DNA of 64,000 bases, taken from a bacterium (GTDB taxonomy: Bacteria > Patescibacteriota > Minisyncoccia > Moranbacterales > GWC2-37-73). The notes beneath the pieces are model-generated. The model made no database searches. It was given only the letters and a program-made list of their open reading frames with translations, and was not told the origin of the DNA. How positions within the stretch are numbered: the first letter of the stretch is position 1; every line of letters begins with the position of its first letter. Location of the stretch: assembly GCA_037140955.1 (NCBI GenBank), contig JBAXDL010000002.1, positions 105,846 through 169,845 on the forward strand, in the 5' to 3' direction. A program made the translations under genes and the position numbers. Positions 61,501-64,000 of the stretch are shown here, piece by piece.

Positions 61501-64000
61501 TGTGATCGTAACATTAGCTGAAGCTTCAGCAATGGAAGCAGAAAAACTTCCACCATAGAAAATACGAGTTACGCCATTATTGTTAGAATTTACAACAAGA
61601 TCTGTTTTTCCATCAGAGTTGAGGTCGCCAGAAGCAAGAGTTTGACCAAACATCTGCGAACCAGTGAAAGTGACGTCAGCGGAAGTTGCAACAAGGGTGG
61701 CTGGCAAGTTTCCGCCATAGAAAAGATAGACTTTACTGGTCCATTGGGAACAACCAACCGCCAAATCAGTTTTGCCATCGGCGTTGAAATCGCCAGCAGT
61801 CATGGAAGCTCCGAAATAATTGCTTGCAGCACCTGTGATGATGACATTGGCAGAGCTGGCAGAAATGGTTGTGGGCAAATTGGAACTGCCATAAAAAATG
61901 TATACTTGTCCAGTAGCTGCACCATACATCCAATCAGCAACACCCAAATCAGTTTTTCCATCAGCATTGAAATCGCCAACAGCCAAGGTAACACTAGTAG
62001 AAGTAGATCTTGCTCCCGAAATAACCACATCAGCTCCAGAGGAAGTTGCAGGTATTGTGCCATCACCAAAAAAAATACATACATTATTACCGCAACCAAC
62101 TGCCAAATCAATTTTACCATCCGCATTGAAATCACCAGCAGTCATGGAAGTTCCAAAATAATTATTCGTAGCACTTCCCACAATTTTCTTGTTCGTATTC
62201 ACCTGCCCATTTTGGGAATAGAAGATATAGGCACGACCAGTACTAGCGGAAAATCCATAAGCTCCTACAGACAAATCAGCTTTTCCATCTCCATTAAAGT
62301 CTCCAGCAACCAAGGATCCACCAAAATAATCACTAGCGTTCTCACCAGCGATTGTCACGCTCGCGCTTACCGCAGTAATTGTTGCAGCAAGCGAGCCGCC
62401 ATAAAAAATATATACCTTGCCATTGTCAAAAGCAGAATAATGATCAGCAGATACAGCCAAGTCAGTTTTTCCATCAGCATTGAAATCACCAGCAACCAAG
62501 GAAATACCAAAATGATCATTACTAGCCTCGCCAGAAATTATAACATTAGCACCAGTACTTGCTAAAATAGTACCTGCCAAGCTTCCACCGTAAAAAATAT
62601 ATGCTCGCCCAGCACCTGTGCCATAACCATAAGCGCCGACAGCCAAGTCGGTTTTTCCATCAGCATTAAAATCACCTGCGGATATGACATACCCAAAATA
62701 GTTACTTGTTGCCTCACCAGAAATTACAACGCTAGCATTTGAAAGTGTTGTCAATGGAAGTGAAAATGGGGCACCACCAGTAAGATTGTCACTATAAAAA
62801 ACATACGCCCTGCCAGTGCTACCATTATAAGACCTAATCCCAACGGCCAAGTCAGTTTTTCCATCAGCGTTAAAATCACCAGCAACCATACTTGTTGCAA
62901 AAAAAGTTGCCCCTCCACTTTCAGGCGTGATAATGACATCAGCACTAGCAGAACTTGCGGGATATGAACCACCTTTATTGTAAAATATATCAACTTCCGA
63001 ACCGCTTCGCCCAATAGCAAGATCAGTCTTTCCATCAGCATTGAAGTCACCAATAGAGATTCCAACTGCTGATAAGCATGAAATTTTTACATCTGCAGAT
63101 GCAGCCAATGACGGGTAGGAACCATCATTATAAAAAATATAAGTTTTTCCTGCAACAGAAGCATTGGCGACAAGATCAGTTTTTCCATCAGCATTAAGAT
63201 CCCCAGCTGCAATTTGAATTCCAAAATATCCAAATTCACCATCAATAATAACGTCAGCAAGCTTGGAAAGAGAAGAAAAATTACCATCATTATAAAAAAT
63301 ATAAACACGTCCAGTATTTGTATTATAATATGGCGCATTTATTGCCAAATCCATCCGTCCATCAGCATTGAAATCTCCATTTGCCATAGAAATAGCAAAT
63401 TTATCACTAGCATTCTCTCCTGTGATCACACTTGCCGTGTTGCTCTGCCCAGGGGCGACAAAAGAAAGTGTTGGGTCAAGGGCAATGGGATATTGCTCAT
63501 TTTTGACTTCAAAATCAACAGAAATTGTTTTTCCATCTTCGGAAAGTGTCCAAGCAAGTTCCACCAACTGACCTTGCGAGTCAACAAAATATGGCCTCGG
63601 AACCGTGAAGTCTGGCATGGCATTGGAATCTTTGGACATGATGTCAGTGCCGGCATCGGCCATGATGGCCTTTTGAGCTCGAGCAAGCAGACTTTGATCA
63701 ACTTCAGCCATGGCCTGTTGGTTTTGGGCATCTTTTCCATTATCAAAAAAAACTTTAGCATTGCCATCTTGATCAATTGCAATTTTGGCATTGGAAAATT
63801 CATAGGCTTCACTTTCTTTGCCATTGCCAGAAGCAAAAAGTGTCCAACTTTTGAGTTTGCGCTCGCCCGTGGTTGCTTCTTTTTGATAGGCAAAATATGA
63901 GCTTTTTCGCTTGTCTTGACTTTGATATTCCACAAAGTTTTTGAGTTGCTCAGGCAAAGTGGCATTTTTGTTTTCTGGCAAAAGGGTTGTTGGATCAATT
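58552..64000 (-). CDS. second giant FG-GAP repeat surface protein (partial; 5' end beyond window)
   Basis: The same repeat architecture and a homologous N-terminal region (PDFTVPRPYFVDSQ...LALDPTLSFVAPG). The reading frame stays open to base 64000, and the 63981 start in the ORF track is a TTG inside the gene. Confidence 0.85.
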   Translation of the reverse strand, partial: IDPTTLLPENKNATLPEQLKNFVEYQSQDKRKSSYFAYQKEATTGERKLKSWTLFASGNGKESEAYEFSNAKIAIDQDGNAKVFFDNGKDAQNQQAMAEVDQSLLARAQKAIMADAGTDIMSKDSNAMPDFTVPRPYFVDSQGQLVELAWTLSEDGKTISVDFEVKNEQYPIALDPTLSFVAPGQSNTASVITGENASDKFAISMANGDFNADGRMDLAINAPYYNTNTGRVYIFYNDGNFSSLSKLADVIIDGEFGYFGIQIAAGDLNADGKTDLVANASVAGKTYIFYNDGSYPSLAASADVKISCLSAVGISIGDFNADGKTDLAIGRSGSEVDIFYNKGGSYPASSASADVIITPESGGATFFATSMVAGDFNADGKTDLAVGIRSYNGSTGRAYVFYSDNLTGGAPFSLPLTTLSNASVVISGEATSNYFGYVISAGDFNADGKTDLAVGAYGYGTGAGRAYIFYGGSLAGTILASTGANVIISGEASNDHFGISLVAGDFNADGKTDLAVSADHYSAFDNGKVYIFYGGSLAATITAVSASVTIAGENASDYFGGSLVAGDFNGDGKADLSVGAYGFSASTGRAYIFYSQNGQVNTNKKIVGSATNNYFGTSMTAGDFNADGKIDLAVGCGNNVCIFFGDGTIPATSSGADVVISGARSTSTSVTLAVGDFNADGKTDLGVADWMYGAATGQVYIFYGSSNLPTTISASSANVIITGAASNYFGASMTAGDFNADGKTDLAVGCSQWTSKVYLFYGGNLPATLVATSADVTFTGSQMFGQTLASGDLNSDGKTDLVVNSNNNGVTRIFYGGSFSASIAEASANVTITGESATFGIYMTVGDFNTDGKTDLALGDAWVSSSIGKVYIFYNDGSIPTTAVNADVVLTGGAINDNFCSSITSGDFNSDGKTDLVVGAYGTNANTGTVYFYETRDAYAWQIQKTQTANRISGAMGQELTITGKYDSGQYRFGASMATGDFNADGKMDLAVGGGSRYIYIYYNDGTITNLASGADAIITGENSSSNFGIAGIVAGDFNSDGKTDLAVGDNANSVNLGRVYIFYNDGSFPSLAANADVVITGSTALGQFGRNIVAGDFNADGRVDLAVASSLSVFIFNNDGLAYPTTSATADLEISSTDSIYSMTTGDFNADGKTDLAFGSVNYSGSTGRVYIFYNNNGISQTTVATADVVITGGAVNNNFGSALAAGDFNSDGRIDLAVAAFGYSAGSGAVFIFNNDGLPYPATSATADVSIAGESGSWFGNTLASGDFNADGRTDLAVGTFTYQINKGAVYVFNNDGSIPTTAGAADVKVFGEKVNDKFGFIVVAGDLNNDGKTDLIVGACDYIINNYLSAGKVYIYTSNETKSVGETASQFATSMTTGDFNGDGKIDLAVGATGFNPGAAASTGRTYIFYNDGAIPTTAATADVVITGEAAGNYFGSSLTAGDFNADGVVDFVVGAYGFNVSTGRAYIFYGGSGLAAAITAISANVVLTGGTTADFFGWSFAAGDFNVDGKTDLAIGSFNYSTYTGRVYIFYGGSFVSPVAVGAANVLITGETTSNNFGLSLASGDFNSDGKTDLAVGANTYTSTNGRAYVFYADGTNNFGTAVCAGAQSSCLATNADVIISGEANSALGSSLIAGDFNADGKMDLAISGNAYATNAGRVYVFYGGNITTKNATSADALITGEASSNYFGSSMVAGDFNSDGKTDLAVGSYGYSSSAGRTYLFYDNKGITSGVAGSITGIAIGSPLTAASFGSSLAVADLSGDGNPDLIVGAPTASSSAGTFFVYPFEAGPNFQGLIKAKGAFKIHGKVKFR

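Overview
This 64 kb window is AT-rich (roughly 35% GC) and almost entirely minus-strand coding. It looks like the genome of a small-celled, probably CPR/Parcubacteria-like bacterium. That attribution is inferred from gene content and giant surface proteins, not from a database search.

Gene content in order along the window:
- The 3' end of topA.
- A 2733-aa beta-helix/FN3 surface protein.
- A short Rel (RSH) enzyme.
- parA-parB.
- tRNA-Leu(CAA).
- A Cam-type gamma-carbonic anhydrase.
- A five-gene complex-I / group-4-hydrogenase-like membrane module (NuoB-, NuoL-, NuoH+K-, NuoM/N- and NuoC+D-like) in which every Fe-S and Ni-Fe cysteine ligand is replaced.
- A complete F1Fo ATP synthase operon (atpZ-B-E-F-H-A-G ... 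D-C) that runs, apparently without a terminator, into that module.
- An RpoD-like sigma factor.
- An SPFH protein, tatD, metG, a coiled-coil lytic transglycosylase, rplY and a SEDS (RodA/FtsW) protein.
- A 23S-5S rRNA pair with no adjacent 16S.
- A cell-surface island: cohesin-like, dockerin-like, FN3 and Ig-like proteins, a TPR-containing O-antigen-ligase-like protein, and two tandem giant FG-GAP repeat proteins, the second running off the window.

Non-coding content is unusually rich:
- A 65-nt palindromic repeat in three copies (after topA, in the rel leader, between parA and parB).
- A hairpin repeat in three copies whose inner stems differ but stay self-complementary. Two copies form an inverted pair between atpH and atpA.
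- Long perfect inverted repeats between the NuoL-like and NuoH-like genes and upstream of tatD.
- Near-identical AT-rich spacer elements between most atp genes.
- Two small plus-strand genes, each with a near-consensus promoter and intrinsic terminator, inserted antisense into the atpG-atpD gap.

No CRISPR arrays, transposases or integrases were seen.

The most interesting candidate system is the cofactor-less Ehr-like membrane module chained to the ATP synthase operon and followed by an apparently active gamma-carbonic anhydrase.
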